From: an uncultured Methanosarcinales archaeon | GTDB lineage: Archaea; Nanobdellota; Nanobdellia; Woesearchaeales; B54-G15 | Reading direction: 5' to 3' | NCBI GenBank assembly: GCA_964519225.1 | Contig: CAZFJK010000001.1 | Coordinates: 21,804 to 79,622 of the forward strand | Length of the DNA: 57,819 nucleotides | Shown here: piece after piece, positions 35,970 through 45,861 of the stretch | Layout of the letters: each line of letters begins with the position of its first letter | Numbering within the stretch: position 1 is the stretch's first letter | Program-made: the position numbers and the translations under genes | The notes under the pieces: model-generated | Seen by the model: only the letters and a program-made list of their open reading frames with translations | Told to the model about the DNA's origin: nothing | Databases searched by the model: none

Positions 35970-37410
35970 CCTGAGGATATTTTTCTTGTATAGCTATTGG
36001 GGAAAGCAGTTGCAACACTGCTTTTTTCCTAAACTCTTCCAAATTTTTGCATCCGACATTGCTAAGGGCTGCAGCAACCGCTTTGAAATCTTCTTCAACT
36101 CTTAGTTTAAGTCTTCCACCATAACGAACAAATCCATCCACCCCTTCTTCAACGACAGTTTTTAGTTCTTGACCATACCTCTCTAGATTTCTTGCTCTAT
36201 CCGAACCTTCACCCCAGTATTCTTTCCATACAATTTTTTCTTCACTATTAGTAAATTTTTTATTTTCATCAAGCCCCATTCCTGCAGATTCATAAAATTG
36301 GGCAAAGTACGCTCCTGCCATCATCAGCTCAGCAAAAGCAAGAGCTATTATCCATTCTCCTGGTCTGAACAATCCTCCATCTGCAATTATCGGGATGTAC
36401 TTTCCTTTTTCATTTGCATATTTTTCTCTCGCATAATAAACCTCGTACAAAGCAGAAAAGAGTGGACGCCCAACACTTTTAACTGCTCCTGTTTTACATG
36501 CCAATCCAGTCATCATTCCTACTTTAATAAAATCAGTAAATTCTGCAAGATAGTTAAATGCTTCTTCTGTAATGATATTTCCCAAGACTAAAGGAATATT
36601 TGGAAATTCTTCTTTAAATTCCTGCCCAACTTCTCTTGCAAAAACAGAGTAGGCATCAGAAGTATCAACCACAACAAAATCAGCCCCAGCTTCAATACAT
36701 TCCTTTGCTCTTTCTTTCCATCCAGCATGCGTACTTATCGCCGCTCCACAAAAAGGACCTGGAAACTTCTGCGAAAAAATAAGCGCTACTAAATGTCCTT
36801 GATTGTCTAAAAGAGGTAAGAATCTTTGACCTCGTTGCTTGGCTTTTTCGAGCAAATGTTTAACATCTTTTTCTTTTTTCGCAATAATTAAATTCTCCAA
36901 AGAAGCGTAATATTGCGCGTCTGTAATCTTTGTATCTGTTTTCCTAAGGGACTCAAAAGGCCTAATAAAAACACCCTCTAATCTTCTAAATTTATCTACT
37001 ACTGGAATTATAGAGTGACCGTGCTTTTCGCATCTGCGTAAAACATCTCCAAGCGTTTCATAATTATATGCAACAACAGGATTTTCAATCGTTTCAATAC
37101 CTTCTCTAGGAGCAGAATCCTTTACTGCTCTAATAATTTCCACTTGTTTATCAATCGACTGATTACAATGAATCACTGGAGGCATTCCGTTTTTTGCTGA
37201 TGCTATAGCCAGGTCATACTTTTGAAAATTGTATAAACAAGACATCGCAGCAGGCATAATGGGATACCTAAAAAAGATCCCGCATATTTCTTGAGAAAGA
37301 TCGACTCTGTTAGGAATACATTCTTCAGTTGTTAACCCGGTAAGAAGGATGAATTCTTTTATACTTCTCGCAGGACCGCGTGGATCATAACCCTTAACTT
37401 CTTTTGGCAT
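35950..37410 (-). CDS. IMP dehydrogenase family protein (divergent)
   Basis: IMPAAM, two CBS-like modules (IIPVVD..., LPLLDNQGHLVALI), Cys loop GLACKTG, IADGGL...AGAY. Confidence 0.75.
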   Translation of the reverse strand: MPKEVKGYDPRGPARSIKEFILLTGLTTEECIPNRVDLSQEICGIFFRYPIMPAAMSCLYNFQKYDLAIASAKNGMPPVIHCNQSIDKQVEIIRAVKDSAPREGIETIENPVVAYNYETLGDVLRRCEKHGHSIIPVVDKFRRLEGVFIRPFESLRKTDTKITDAQYYASLENLIIAKKEKDVKHLLEKAKQRGQRFLPLLDNQGHLVALIFSQKFPGPFCGAAISTHAGWKERAKECIEAGADFVVVDTSDAYSVFAREVGQEFKEEFPNIPLVLGNIITEEAFNYLAEFTDFIKVGMMTGLACKTGAVKSVGRPLFSALYEVYYAREKYANEKGKYIPIIADGGLFRPGEWIIALAFAELMMAGAYFAQFYESAGMGLDENKKFTNSEEKIVWKEYWGEGSDRARNLERYGQELKTVVEEGVDGFVRYGGRLKLRVEEDFKAVAAALSNVGCKNLEEFRKKAVLQLLSPIAIQEKYPQVEYKNG

Positions 37411-37474
37411 TTGAGTAAGATTCTATCAGATTTTTTAAATATTTTTAATCTTAAATAAAATTTTAAAAGAAATC

Positions 37475-37482
37475 TTTATAAA
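37475..37482 (+). promoter_or_regulatory. TATA box (TTTATAAA) of the rpo7-spt4-S24e-S27ae operon
   Basis: Centre is about 27 nt upstream of ATG 37507, implying a leaderless transcript. Confidence 0.5.
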
Positions 37483-37506
37483 TCATACCCGCTCTGCTCC
37501 TCTAAA

Positions 37507-38100
37507 ATGTTCTACAGAGTTAGAGTAAAAGACCACATCAGAGTACCGCCAAATCTGTTTGGCTTAAAAAGAGACGAAGCTATCTTGAAGCAGATCAGAG
37601 AAGAATATCAAAACCACATAAGCAAGGAGCTCAATATAGTCCTCGATGTTGAAAAACTTATAGAAGTTAAAGAAGGTGTTGTCATTCCAGGAGATGGTGC
37701 TGCATATTTTGAAACAACATTTGACCTAATAACATTCAAAACAAGCCTAAATGAAGCTGTGTTAGGTAGAATTAAAGACATCACCGATTTCGGCGCATTT
37801 ATATCAATAGGCCCAATAGAAGGAATGATTCACATATCTCAAACAATGGATGATTACGTCTCATTTTCAAAAGACAAGGTTCTTCAAGGCAGAGATACGA
37901 AAAGAACGCTCAAAGTTGGTGATTTATGCAGGGCAAGAATTGTTGCAGTTAGTTATAAAGATCCAATGAATCCAAAGATAGGTTTAACCATGCGACAACC
38001 AGGATTAGGCAAGCTCGAATGGCTTGAAGAAAAAGAGAAGAAAAAAGAACAGCCACAGAAAGAAGAACAATCCAAGCAAAAAAAGATGAAGAAAAAATGA
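37507..38100 (+). CDS. rpo7: RNA polymerase subunit Rpo7 (E')
   Basis: MFYRVRVKDHIRVPP N-terminus and S1 domain (GRIKDITDFGAFISIG). Confidence 0.9.
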   Translation: MFYRVRVKDHIRVPPNLFGLKRDEAILKQIREEYQNHISKELNIVLDVEKLIEVKEGVVIPGDGAAYFETTFDLITFKTSLNEAVLGRIKDITDFGAFISIGPIEGMIHISQTMDDYVSFSKDKVLQGRDTKRTLKVGDLCRARIVAVSYKDPMNPKIGLTMRQPGLGKLEWLEEKEKKKEQPQKEEQSKQKKMKKK

Positions 38101-38282
38101 AGAAAAAAGTTTGTAAGCAATGTAAACTCTTCGTTCAAGGCGATGAATGTCCCATATGTCATGGAAAGGATTTCAGTTTTAACTGGCAAGGCAGGGTATA
38201 TGTCTTTAATCCAGAAAAATCCATCGTCGCAAAAAAACTCGGTATTAAAGTGAAAGGCGAATACGCTTTAAAAGTAAAATAA
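38097..38282 (+). CDS. spt4: transcription elongation factor Spt4 (RpoE'')
   Basis: 61 aa, zinc ribbon CKQC...CPIC. Conserved position after rpo7. Confidence 0.85.
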   Translation: MKKKVCKQCKLFVQGDECPICHGKDFSFNWQGRVYVFNPEKSIVAKKLGIKVKGEYALKVK

Positions 38283-38289
38283 AAGCAAA

Positions 38290-38577
38290 ATGGAACTAAA
38301 ACTTATTGAAAAAAAACAAAACCCTCTTTTAGAAAGAACTGAGTTAGTTTTTGAACTAGATACAAAAGGTGGTCCAACACCAAAAGAAGAGAACGTAAAG
38401 GAGGAAATCATAAAAAAAGAAAAAGTCTCGGAAGAAAACAATCCAGTTGAAATAAAAGGAATATATTCAAAATTCGGTACAACGAAAGCAATCGTGTATG
38501 CTTATATATATTCATCGCAAAAAGCCTTAGAAAAGCTAAAGAAAAGAAAGAAGAAAAAAGAAGAAAAGAAAAAATAA
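38290..38577 (+). CDS. rps24e: 30S ribosomal protein S24e
   Basis: [24 protein letters not shown]-terminus typical of S24e. Confidence 0.9.
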   Translation: MELKLIEKKQNPLLERTELVFELDTKGGPTPKEENVKEEIIKKEKVSEENNPVEIKGIYSKFGTTKAIVYAYIYSSQKALEKLKKRKKKKEEKKK

Positions 38578-38582
38578 AGAAA

Positions 38583-38774
38583 ATGGCAAAGAAAAAACAA
38601 AGAAAACCGAAAAGGTCTCCAAAAATATATCAATTCTATGAGGTAAAGGAAGGAAAAGTTATCAGGAAGGTAAAATTCTGTCCAAAGTGCGGCGCTGGAG
38701 TCTTCATGGCAAAACGCCCTGACACGTGGTACTGTGGGAAGTGTCATTATGTTGAAAGAATTGAAAAAAAATAA
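38583..38774 (+). CDS. rps27ae: 30S ribosomal protein S27ae
   Basis: [11 protein letters not shown]....WYCGKCHY zinc ribbon. Confidence 0.9.
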   Translation: MAKKKQRKPKRSPKIYQFYEVKEGKVIRKVKFCPKCGAGVFMAKRPDTWYCGKCHYVERIEKK

Positions 38775-38775
38775 A

Positions 38776-39627
38776 TTATTTCTTAAATTCTATTCGCTGC
38801 AGAATGAGCAGGTCTTCGGTTGTAAGCTTCTCTCCTTTTTTGATTTTTTCAAGCACGTCTTTCTCTTTTCGTAGTAGTTCTATCACGCCACCGCTTTTAG
38901 TGCCTTTCTTTTTGATAAGCTCTTTTATTTTCATCAATTTTTTTTGGAGTTCATCATTAACTTCTGTAAATTCTTTCTTGCTCTTTTCAAACAACTCTTT
39001 TACTTCAGTTTCTTTTTTCCTCAACTCTTCAACCTCATTCGCAAGCTTAATCAATTCCTCGTGTTTTTCTTGACTTTGCGCGGCAAGCGTCTTAACCTTC
39101 TCGTGAACTTCCCCGCTCTTCTTTTTCAATTCTTCTATGCGCTTAGAAATTGCATTTATTTCATTATCAAGTTCAAACAGAGCTTTTGCTTCATTCAACT
39201 GTTCTCTTAACTCTCTAATCTGTTTCATCAAACGTTGTTCTCTTGCAAAAGAAACAGCTTCGGTTTCAATAATCTGCTCAATTCTCTCTATCTCAGTCTT
39301 TATTTTGCTAGGATCTTTTTTAATCTTCAGCTCCTTTTTCAGCTTTCTTCTTTCAGATCTTTTCTCCTTTATCTTAGCTATTAGATTCCTTATCTCTTGA
39401 TTAATCTTATTTCGTTCTTCCTTTTCTTTCTTAACTAAATCAGTAAGCTTATTTCGTTCTTCTTTCAACTTTCTAATCCTATCAATCAATTCAATCCTCT
39501 TCTTTTTTACTTCAGCTTTCTTTCTAAAATAACCTTCCTTCTGCTCATTTAGCTTCAATAACCTAGCCCTAAGTTTATTGATTTCTTTTTTCAACTGCCT
39601 AACTTCATCCTTTGATTTTTCTTTCAT
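38776..39627 (-). CDS. archaeal coiled-coil protein (COG1340-like)
   Basis: Almost entirely heptad-rich K/E sequence. Overlapping + strand ORFs are low-complexity mirrors. Confidence 0.65.
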   Translation of the reverse strand: MKEKSKDEVRQLKKEINKLRARLLKLNEQKEGYFRKKAEVKKKRIELIDRIRKLKEERNKLTDLVKKEKEERNKINQEIRNLIAKIKEKRSERRKLKKELKIKKDPSKIKTEIERIEQIIETEAVSFAREQRLMKQIRELREQLNEAKALFELDNEINAISKRIEELKKKSGEVHEKVKTLAAQSQEKHEELIKLANEVEELRKKETEVKELFEKSKKEFTEVNDELQKKLMKIKELIKKKGTKSGGVIELLRKEKDVLEKIKKGEKLTTEDLLILQRIEFKK

Positions 39628-39636
39628 TTAGCATGA

Positions 39637-39945
39637 TTAACCAAACAGTGCACCAAGTCCTGCGGCTGCCTTTTCTTCACTTACTTTTTCTTCCTTCTTC
39701 TCTTCTTTCTTCTCTTCTTTCTTTTCAGCCTTCGAAGCAGCAGGTGCAGCAGCTACAGCAACAGGAGCTGCTTTAGCCTTTTCAATGACCTCATCAATAT
39801 TAACTCCTTCGAGCGCAGCAACCAATGCCTTAACTCTTGCTTCATCAACTTTCACACCAGCAGCTTCCAGGACTTTTTTTATATTCTCTTCATTAATTTG
39901 TTGTCCAGCCTTGTGTAAAAGCATTGCCGCATATACATATTCCAT
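39637..39945 (-). CDS. rpl12: 50S ribosomal stalk protein P1 (L12e)
   Basis: [17 protein letters not shown]..., Ala/Glu/Lys hinge, C-terminal GLGALFG. GGAGGTG Shine-Dalgarno before ATG 39945. Confidence 0.9.
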   Translation of the reverse strand: MEYVYAAMLLHKAGQQINEENIKKVLEAAGVKVDEARVKALVAALEGVNIDEVIEKAKAAPVAVAAAPAASKAEKKEEKKEEKKEEKVSEEKAAAGLGALFG

Positions 39946-39947
39946 TT

Positions 39948-40814
39948 TTACACCTCCCATTTGATTTTATCAGCAAGCATAAGTACGCTTTTCTCACCAA
40001 CAGCTAAATTCTCTTCAATTGTCTCTGGGCAAACAAACCCGCACTCAAGCGCAACAGCTTTGCATGAATTGAAGCATTCAGCAATCATCTCCTCGACTAT
40101 CTCCTTAACAAAATAACCAATTTCCTTAGCGAGCGTTTTTGCTCTGTAAAAAGATTCAATTAAATCACTCATCAATTTTTCTTCATCAACAGCGAGTACA
40201 TCCTTTCCGTATATCAAACCATCTTCATAAACAGCAAGTACATTCAATCCAATTTCCATAGGTTCGATGCCCAACCTTTTCAAAATCTCAGCAACCTTCT
40301 CTGAAATCTCTTCTCCTTCTTTCACAACAACTTTATCTTCAACAATATTTATCTTTCCACCTTCAACTTTCGTTTTTATGCCTAATGCACCCAGCTCTCC
40401 AATTATCGGACCCGGAGTAAACGGTGTTGGCCCAGCTTTTATCATAATATCGTTTGGAGCTATTTGTCCTGCTTTAGCTGGTGCTTTGCTCTTATTTTTT
40501 TGAATCAGCTTATACAAAACAAAAGGATTCTCCTTGCTGAAAACCAATGCGCAAATCCCTTGCAAATGATCCTCAAGTTTATCTATACCTTTCTTTTTTC
40601 TTGAAAGAGCATCAAGCGCGAGCTTAATCAACCTCTTTTTGGCAACCTTAATTAAAACTTTTCCTCTTAAAACGCTCCTAATCCGTCTCAACTGAGAAGC
40701 CGGCAGGTATGTCAAATCAGCTACACCGATAGTAGGATAACTCTCAAGAAGCTCGATTAATTCCTTTACTATCCTTTTCTTATACTCAGCAACATGCGCT
40801 TCTTGTTTTGCCAT
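39948..40814 (-). CDS. rplP0: 50S ribosomal stalk protein P0 (L10)
   Basis: Archaeal P0 pattern and position between L1 and P1. ATG 40814. Confidence 0.9.
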   Translation of the reverse strand: MAKQEAHVAEYKKRIVKELIELLESYPTIGVADLTYLPASQLRRIRSVLRGKVLIKVAKKRLIKLALDALSRKKKGIDKLEDHLQGICALVFSKENPFVLYKLIQKNKSKAPAKAGQIAPNDIMIKAGPTPFTPGPIIGELGALGIKTKVEGGKINIVEDKVVVKEGEEISEKVAEILKRLGIEPMEIGLNVLAVYEDGLIYGKDVLAVDEEKLMSDLIESFYRAKTLAKEIGYFVKEIVEEMIAECFNSCKAVALECGFVCPETIEENLAVGEKSVLMLADKIKWEV

Positions 40815-40815
40815 T

Positions 40816-41472
40816 TCAATCTCCTCTTTCAACCTCAACAGGCTTGCTCATCGTAAACTTCAATAAGACCTTATCAATGTTCCTTTCACCATTCTGTAGG
40901 GCATGGACAAGAGCTTCATAAACAGTTAATCCGTTTTCTGCAACCTCTTCATCAGCCATTTTCTCGTTGCCAATAGCAACCTGTGCCATCATAGCATTCT
41001 TTACACTAACCTGAACGAGTTTCTGCAATTTTTCATACAAAGTTTTTAAATTCACACCGGGTGCAATAATACAACCAGCCTTCGGATTAGGCATTTTCCC
41101 GCGCCTGCCAAGAACCTTACCAAAAATCGTTGCTACTTTCGGCATTACAGTGGCTTGTGCAACAAAAAAATCAAACTCCTTTGTCATTGCCTTCTGAACT
41201 TTCACATCTTTGTACTTATCAAATTCGTCAACCAAAATGACCTTATCGAAATATTTCTTTGCCTCTTCAAATAAATCAGGCGCGACAAAAGCGCATATCT
41301 TAACTTTTTTTCTTGGATATTTCAGTTGAACAAACAAATTAAGCTGATTTTCAGGTTTCTTAAGATCGAGGTCCTTTAAAGTGATTATCAAATCGTATGT
41401 CTGAACAAAATTCCGCTTTTTAGCAGAAGCCTTCAGCTCCTGAATTGCCTTAAGAAAATTCTCCTTTTTCAT
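40816..41472 (-). CDS. rpl1: 50S ribosomal protein L1
   Basis: Typical L1 sequence (FVQTYDLIITLKDLD..., GKVLGRRGKMPNPK). Confidence 0.95.
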   Translation of the reverse strand: MKKENFLKAIQELKASAKKRNFVQTYDLIITLKDLDLKKPENQLNLFVQLKYPRKKVKICAFVAPDLFEEAKKYFDKVILVDEFDKYKDVKVQKAMTKEFDFFVAQATVMPKVATIFGKVLGRRGKMPNPKAGCIIAPGVNLKTLYEKLQKLVQVSVKNAMMAQVAIGNEKMADEEVAENGLTVYEALVHALQNGERNIDKVLLKFTMSKPVEVERGD

Positions 41473-41560
41473 TTTCCCTCCTATTAACTCAACGTTAATA
41501 GTCCTTACGGGTTATTCCTTCGACTTAACTCTTAGTTTATAAATATATCGAAAAATAAGC

Positions 41561-42742
41561 CTATTCCCATCGCACAGCCTCTGCTATTTCCACCTTCGTT
41601 GCTTTAAGGGCAGGAAGTAAACCTGCGAAACTTGAAACAAGAACAGCACCCCCAACCGAAAGCAGAATAAGTAAAGGATTGACCGAAACTTCTAACATAC
41701 CAAAAAACCGTGTCCTTGCAACCACTTCAAAGAGTTTTGCAAAACCAATCCCCAAACAAGCGCCAAGAACTCCGCCAAAAAAACCAAAAAAAGCAGATTC
41801 TACCAAAAACAAAAAGAGAATATGTTTCTCTGTACAGCCGAGTGCCCGCATTATACCTATTTCTCGTCTCCTTTCTAGAACAGATGAATACATCACATTC
41901 ATTATACCTATGCAACCGACTAAAATAGATATTCCCGCAATACCTAAAACAAAGTATTTTATAATATTAAATACTTTTAAAAAAGAACTCATTAAATCCT
42001 CCGCTGTTTGCACAGTAAAATCCTCTTCACCTTCCTTTACGCCATGCTTTTTTCTAAGTGTTCTTTTAATCCTATCAACTACAAAGTCCAGCTCATCCTT
42101 TTTTGTCACCTGAGCAACGAAAAAGGAATACCTTTCTTTTTTTCCAACTATATCCCAAAGAGCCTCTAATGAAATCACAACATGAGAATCATCCTGTTTG
42201 TTGCCAATCCTGTCAATTAGCCCTACAACTTTAAAGCTCTTTCCACTAATCATTATCTTATCTCCAAGTTTAACTTCATCATCAAACAGATTCCCAGACC
42301 AAAGTTCATAACCAATCAAAGCATCCCTATCACCCTCAAGATAAGAACCCTTAAACAGATCAACTCCATAACTAAATTTAACTGCATCGAATTCCTTATC
42401 AACACCAACAACATAAACCTGTTTTTTCCTATCATGCCATTCAATAACGGACTGCTTAGAATACAGACCAGTTGCTTTTGCTATACCATCAACCAATTTA
42501 AGCGCAGAAAGATCTTCTTTATCAAGCTCATGAAAAATAATCCCAGTTAAACCGCTTCCGGGCAGAACAAAAATTTTGTCAGCACCAATCGCAGAGAACT
42601 GTTCTTCAACACTTTTTGTTAAACCGTTTCCAAGCAAAAACAAGGAAACAATCGCACTAACTCCAATTACTATGCCCAGCACAGTCATCCAACTCCTTAT
42701 TTTTCTACTCAAAATACCCTTCAAAGCTAAGCCAAACATCAT
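41561..42742 (-). CDS. ABC transporter permease, MacB/FtsX type
   Basis: N-terminal TM, large periplasmic-type domain, C-terminal FtsX three-TM bundle (REIGIMRALG). Confidence 0.9.
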   Translation of the reverse strand: MMFGLALKGILSRKIRSWMTVLGIVIGVSAIVSLFLLGNGLTKSVEEQFSAIGADKIFVLPGSGLTGIIFHELDKEDLSALKLVDGIAKATGLYSKQSVIEWHDRKKQVYVVGVDKEFDAVKFSYGVDLFKGSYLEGDRDALIGYELWSGNLFDDEVKLGDKIMISGKSFKVVGLIDRIGNKQDDSHVVISLEALWDIVGKKERYSFFVAQVTKKDELDFVVDRIKRTLRKKHGVKEGEEDFTVQTAEDLMSSFLKVFNIIKYFVLGIAGISILVGCIGIMNVMYSSVLERRREIGIMRALGCTEKHILFLFLVESAFFGFFGGVLGACLGIGFAKLFEVVARTRFFGMLEVSVNPLLILLSVGGAVLVSSFAGLLPALKATKVEIAEAVRWE

Positions 42743-43929
42743 CTTCTCATCACTTCAACAGGATCTAATTTAGAGGCATGCCATGCAGGAAATACCCCCG
42801 CACTGCAACCAACCAAAAACGAAATAGCAAGTCCGAGCATAGCAACATAAGGACTAAAAATAGGATTTACTTCGATCATTAAATACGCTGATATAAACTT
42901 AGAAACTATGCTTGCAAATACCCACCCAAAAAACAATCCAAAGAGTCCTGCCAATAAACCAATGATTCCTGATTCGATAAGAAAAATAAAAAAAATCGCT
43001 TTGTTCGTTGCTCCAACTGCTTTCATTACTCCAATATCCCTTATCCTCTCGTAAACAGAAGTGTACATCGTAGTTATAGTTCCGGTTATACTTACGAGAA
43101 CAGAAACAAACGCAATTCCGACAAGAACAATTTGAATAATGCCGAGCATTCTCTGAATTCGCTTAGCTAATTGCTCTGCTGTTTGAACATTAAAGCTCTC
43201 TTCTGTTCTGATCTTTTCGAGCCTACGCTCAACCCTTTCAGCAATATTGGAAACGTCCTCTCCTTCAACAGTAAGCGCAAAGATAGCAGGAAAGTTCTTT
43301 GAACCTGTAAGAACCTCGAATTCGGACAATCTTATTCTTATCAACCCGTCGTGAATCGGGCTTCCACTTCTTTTTTGAATACCTACCACCTTAAACCTCT
43401 TTCCATTTATCAACAAATTCTTTCCAACGTCAATCTTTCCATCAAAATCATCAACAACTCTGCTTCCGACAACCGCAACACCTTTATCCTTTACCTTGAA
43501 TTCCCTTCCCTTTGAAATGGCAAAGAAAGAAAATTTCTTAATCAGCGTTAAACCTTCTTTATCAATAGGCACGCCCCACACAGGAACCAACTTTTTAGTT
43601 CCGCAACACTCAACCAGCATACCCTCAAAATTTACACCTTTTGCAACCTGAATTCCAGGCGTCTTTTCAACAATAGAAAGATCTTTTTCAGTCAATAGCT
43701 CGCTGCTCATCTTTGACTCAAGCAAGTTCTTTGATTGCCCGGCAAAAACAAAAACCCTGTTATAACCTATCTCCTCAAAAGCATTCCTGACAGCAACCTG
43801 CATTCCTCTACCCAAAGATATAAGAGAGATTACCATAACAACGCCAATTAAAATTCCTACTATAGTAAGAAATGTTCGTTGTTTTCTTTTCAGCAGAGTT
43901 CTAAAAGCCAAAAGAAAGTACTCCCTCAT
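42739..43929 (-). CDS. ABC transporter permease, MacB/FtsX type
   Basis: Same architecture (RDIGVMKAVG). 4-nt overlaps with both neighbours. Confidence 0.9.
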   Translation of the reverse strand: MREYFLLAFRTLLKRKQRTFLTIVGILIGVVMVISLISLGRGMQVAVRNAFEEIGYNRVFVFAGQSKNLLESKMSSELLTEKDLSIVEKTPGIQVAKGVNFEGMLVECCGTKKLVPVWGVPIDKEGLTLIKKFSFFAISKGREFKVKDKGVAVVGSRVVDDFDGKIDVGKNLLINGKRFKVVGIQKRSGSPIHDGLIRIRLSEFEVLTGSKNFPAIFALTVEGEDVSNIAERVERRLEKIRTEESFNVQTAEQLAKRIQRMLGIIQIVLVGIAFVSVLVSITGTITTMYTSVYERIRDIGVMKAVGATNKAIFFIFLIESGIIGLLAGLFGLFFGWVFASIVSKFISAYLMIEVNPIFSPYVAMLGLAISFLVGCSAGVFPAWHASKLDPVEVMRR

Positions 43930-45083
43930 CGTTTTTTCTTCTTTCTAATTTTAAAAAAGTACACGAATGTGCTAATACAAAGCACAACAACTGCAAGAAA
44001 GACATACGTGCCAATCCTCTTCTTTGTTGTAATTTTTAAAGGAACTTCAATGATCTTTTTATACTTTCCATTATTCGCATCATAGTAAGAGAGCTGAAGT
44101 TTCAAAGAGATATCTTTCTTCAGTGGAATTAAAACAAATTCAGCACTATCATAATCATCAGAATCTATGGTTCCTATATACTTCTTTCCCGAAATCACTT
44201 CATAGCCATTATTATCTTCAAGCAAATCAGCACTTAGCAACTTTATCTTAGTCAAACCCTTGTTCACAAATTTTAACCTAACTTTTCCTTCTGATCCAAG
44301 TCTCTTGAAATCGCTTTCATCAACTAAGACCATCAAATCAGGAGCATCCCCTATCAACAAACCGATATAGGTAGATTTAGAATACAAAACACCTGATTCG
44401 TCTTCAAAAGTTATATTTACAGGCAACTTATAAGCTCCGGCTTCAGCATCCGGTAAAGCAACAACTTCAAACGATAGTGTCTTTGAGCTGTTTTCTTCCA
44501 ACCGATAAAGATTCTTTTCGAGAATACCTCCATAAGGCACAAATGGAACAGAAGCATCAAGTCCTATTGAAATCTTTATATTCTCAAAAGCAGAATCCGC
44601 ACCATTAAATAACTTAAAAAACAGAGTTGCTTTTTTTCCAGGCGGAATCGGATCTGGAAATGAATTTACCTTAACATCAAGTATTGCATCGCGCGTCCTA
44701 ACATTGATCTCAAAAGCATCCGGCTCAATCCAACCAGAACCACTATACTTATACCTCAGCTTAAGCTCGTTTTCTCCTTCCACAGCAGCAGGATCTACTA
44801 AAAGTTTAAATTCAACGAACGCTGCATTTTCATCAGTAGACAGTCCATTCAACCTTCCTACTACTTTCCTTCGCTCTTCTCCAGGATAAAGAGAAAATGG
44901 AAACTCTGGCAAAACCTCAATAACAAGATTATCCACACCATTTAAACCAAGATTCTCGACAGAAAATCTCAGTCTGACCATTCTTCCTGGCTCAACTGGA
45001 TCTGGCTCTTGCTTTTGCAATGAAATCTGAATATCTGGCGCACTTGGATACGAAGAAAAAGCAAACCCTATGCAAAACAACAA
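43926..45083 (-). CDS. S-layer-domain (COG1361/CARDB-like) protein with C-terminal TM anchor; start uncertain
   Basis: Repeated beta-rich modules (VRLRFSVENLG, ATLFFKLFNGA), C-terminal TM plus KIRKKKKR. First canonical start is TTG 45083, but the frame is open upstream and encodes a signal-peptide n-region (see finding). Confidence 0.7.
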   Translation of the reverse strand: MLFCIGFAFSSYPSAPDIQISLQKQEPDPVEPGRMVRLRFSVENLGLNGVDNLVIEVLPEFPFSLYPGEERRKVVGRLNGLSTDENAAFVEFKLLVDPAAVEGENELKLRYKYSGSGWIEPDAFEINVRTRDAILDVKVNSFPDPIPPGKKATLFFKLFNGADSAFENIKISIGLDASVPFVPYGGILEKNLYRLEENSSKTLSFEVVALPDAEAGAYKLPVNITFEDESGVLYSKSTYIGLLIGDAPDLMVLVDESDFKRLGSEGKVRLKFVNKGLTKIKLLSADLLEDNNGYEVISGKKYIGTIDSDDYDSAEFVLIPLKKDISLKLQLSYYDANNGKYKKIIEVPLKITTKKRIGTYVFLAVVVLCISTFVYFFKIRKKKKR

Positions 45084-45118
45084 AATGAATATCCAAAGTA
45101 CAAATCTTTTATTCGTTT

Positions 45119-45805
45119 TTAGCCACCCCTTTTTATTGAAATGATTTTTCCATCCTTTAAATAAATTTTCCTCTGTGCATAGTCAGAAACTGCTTTTTCA
45201 TGTGTAACAACAATTATCGTCTTTCCATAATCCTCATTTATTTTCTTAAAAATATCCATAATCTGTTTTCCTGTTTTACTATCCAAATTTCCAGTCGGCT
45301 CATCAGCAAGCAACAGAGAAGGGTTATTAGCAAGTGCCCTTGCTATAGCTGTTCTCTGCATTTCACCACCGCTAATCTCATTCGGTTTATGAAACATCCG
45401 TTTTTCAAGACCAACCATTTTCAGCAGTTCAGCAGCGCGCCTTATTCGTTTTTTTCTTGGAACACCATCAAATAAAAGAGGCAATGCAACGTTCTCAAGC
45501 AGATTAAGTGTCGAGATTAAGTTAAACTGTTGAAAAACAAAACCGATTTCTTGACGCCTTATCTTACTCAATGCATTATCATCAAGTTGTGCCACATTTT
45601 TGTTTTTGAAATAGACCTTTCCTCTTGTAGGTCTATCCAAACAGCCTATGATATGCATCAAAGTACTTTTTCCACTTCCGCTTGGACCTGTAATCGCGAT
45701 GAATTCTCCTTGCTCAATGGTAAGATCAATTCCTCTTAAAGCAGGAACCCTTACATCGCCAAGGAAATAATCTTTGTATACATTAACGAGTTTAACTATA
45801 TGCAT
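45119..45805 (-). CDS. ABC transporter ATP-binding protein (MacB/LolD-like)
   Basis: Walker A GPSGSGKST, signature SGGEMQR, Walker B LLLADEPTGNLD, H-loop VVTHE. Confidence 0.95.
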   Translation of the reverse strand: MHIVKLVNVYKDYFLGDVRVPALRGIDLTIEQGEFIAITGPSGSGKSTLMHIIGCLDRPTRGKVYFKNKNVAQLDDNALSKIRRQEIGFVFQQFNLISTLNLLENVALPLLFDGVPRKKRIRRAAELLKMVGLEKRMFHKPNEISGGEMQRTAIARALANNPSLLLADEPTGNLDSKTGKQIMDIFKKINEDYGKTIIVVTHEKAVSDYAQRKIYLKDGKIISIKRGG

Positions 45806-45861
45806 ATTCTCAAAAAAACAACAAAATTTTAAATAAGTTTTTCTAAAAAACCAAAAATAAA

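Noticed and set aside
38500-39720. Highly repetitive AAG/GAA-rich DNA (S24e tail, coiled-coil gene, P1 hinge) as a possible CRISPR or tandem-repeat array
   Set aside because: No regular repeat-spacer periodicity. The repetition is explained by Lys/Glu-rich coding sequence. The overlapping ORFs 38804.., 38944.. and 39137.. are mirror-frame artefacts.
41494-41529. Hairpin (GTTAAGTC...GAC-TA-TTAAC on the minus strand) upstream of L1 as a possible L1 autoregulatory mRNA mimic
   Set aside because: The TTTATAAA box at 41536-41543 predicts a start site near 41513, inside the hairpin, so the full structure is probably not transcribed. No clear resemblance to the 23S L1-binding site could be established by eye.
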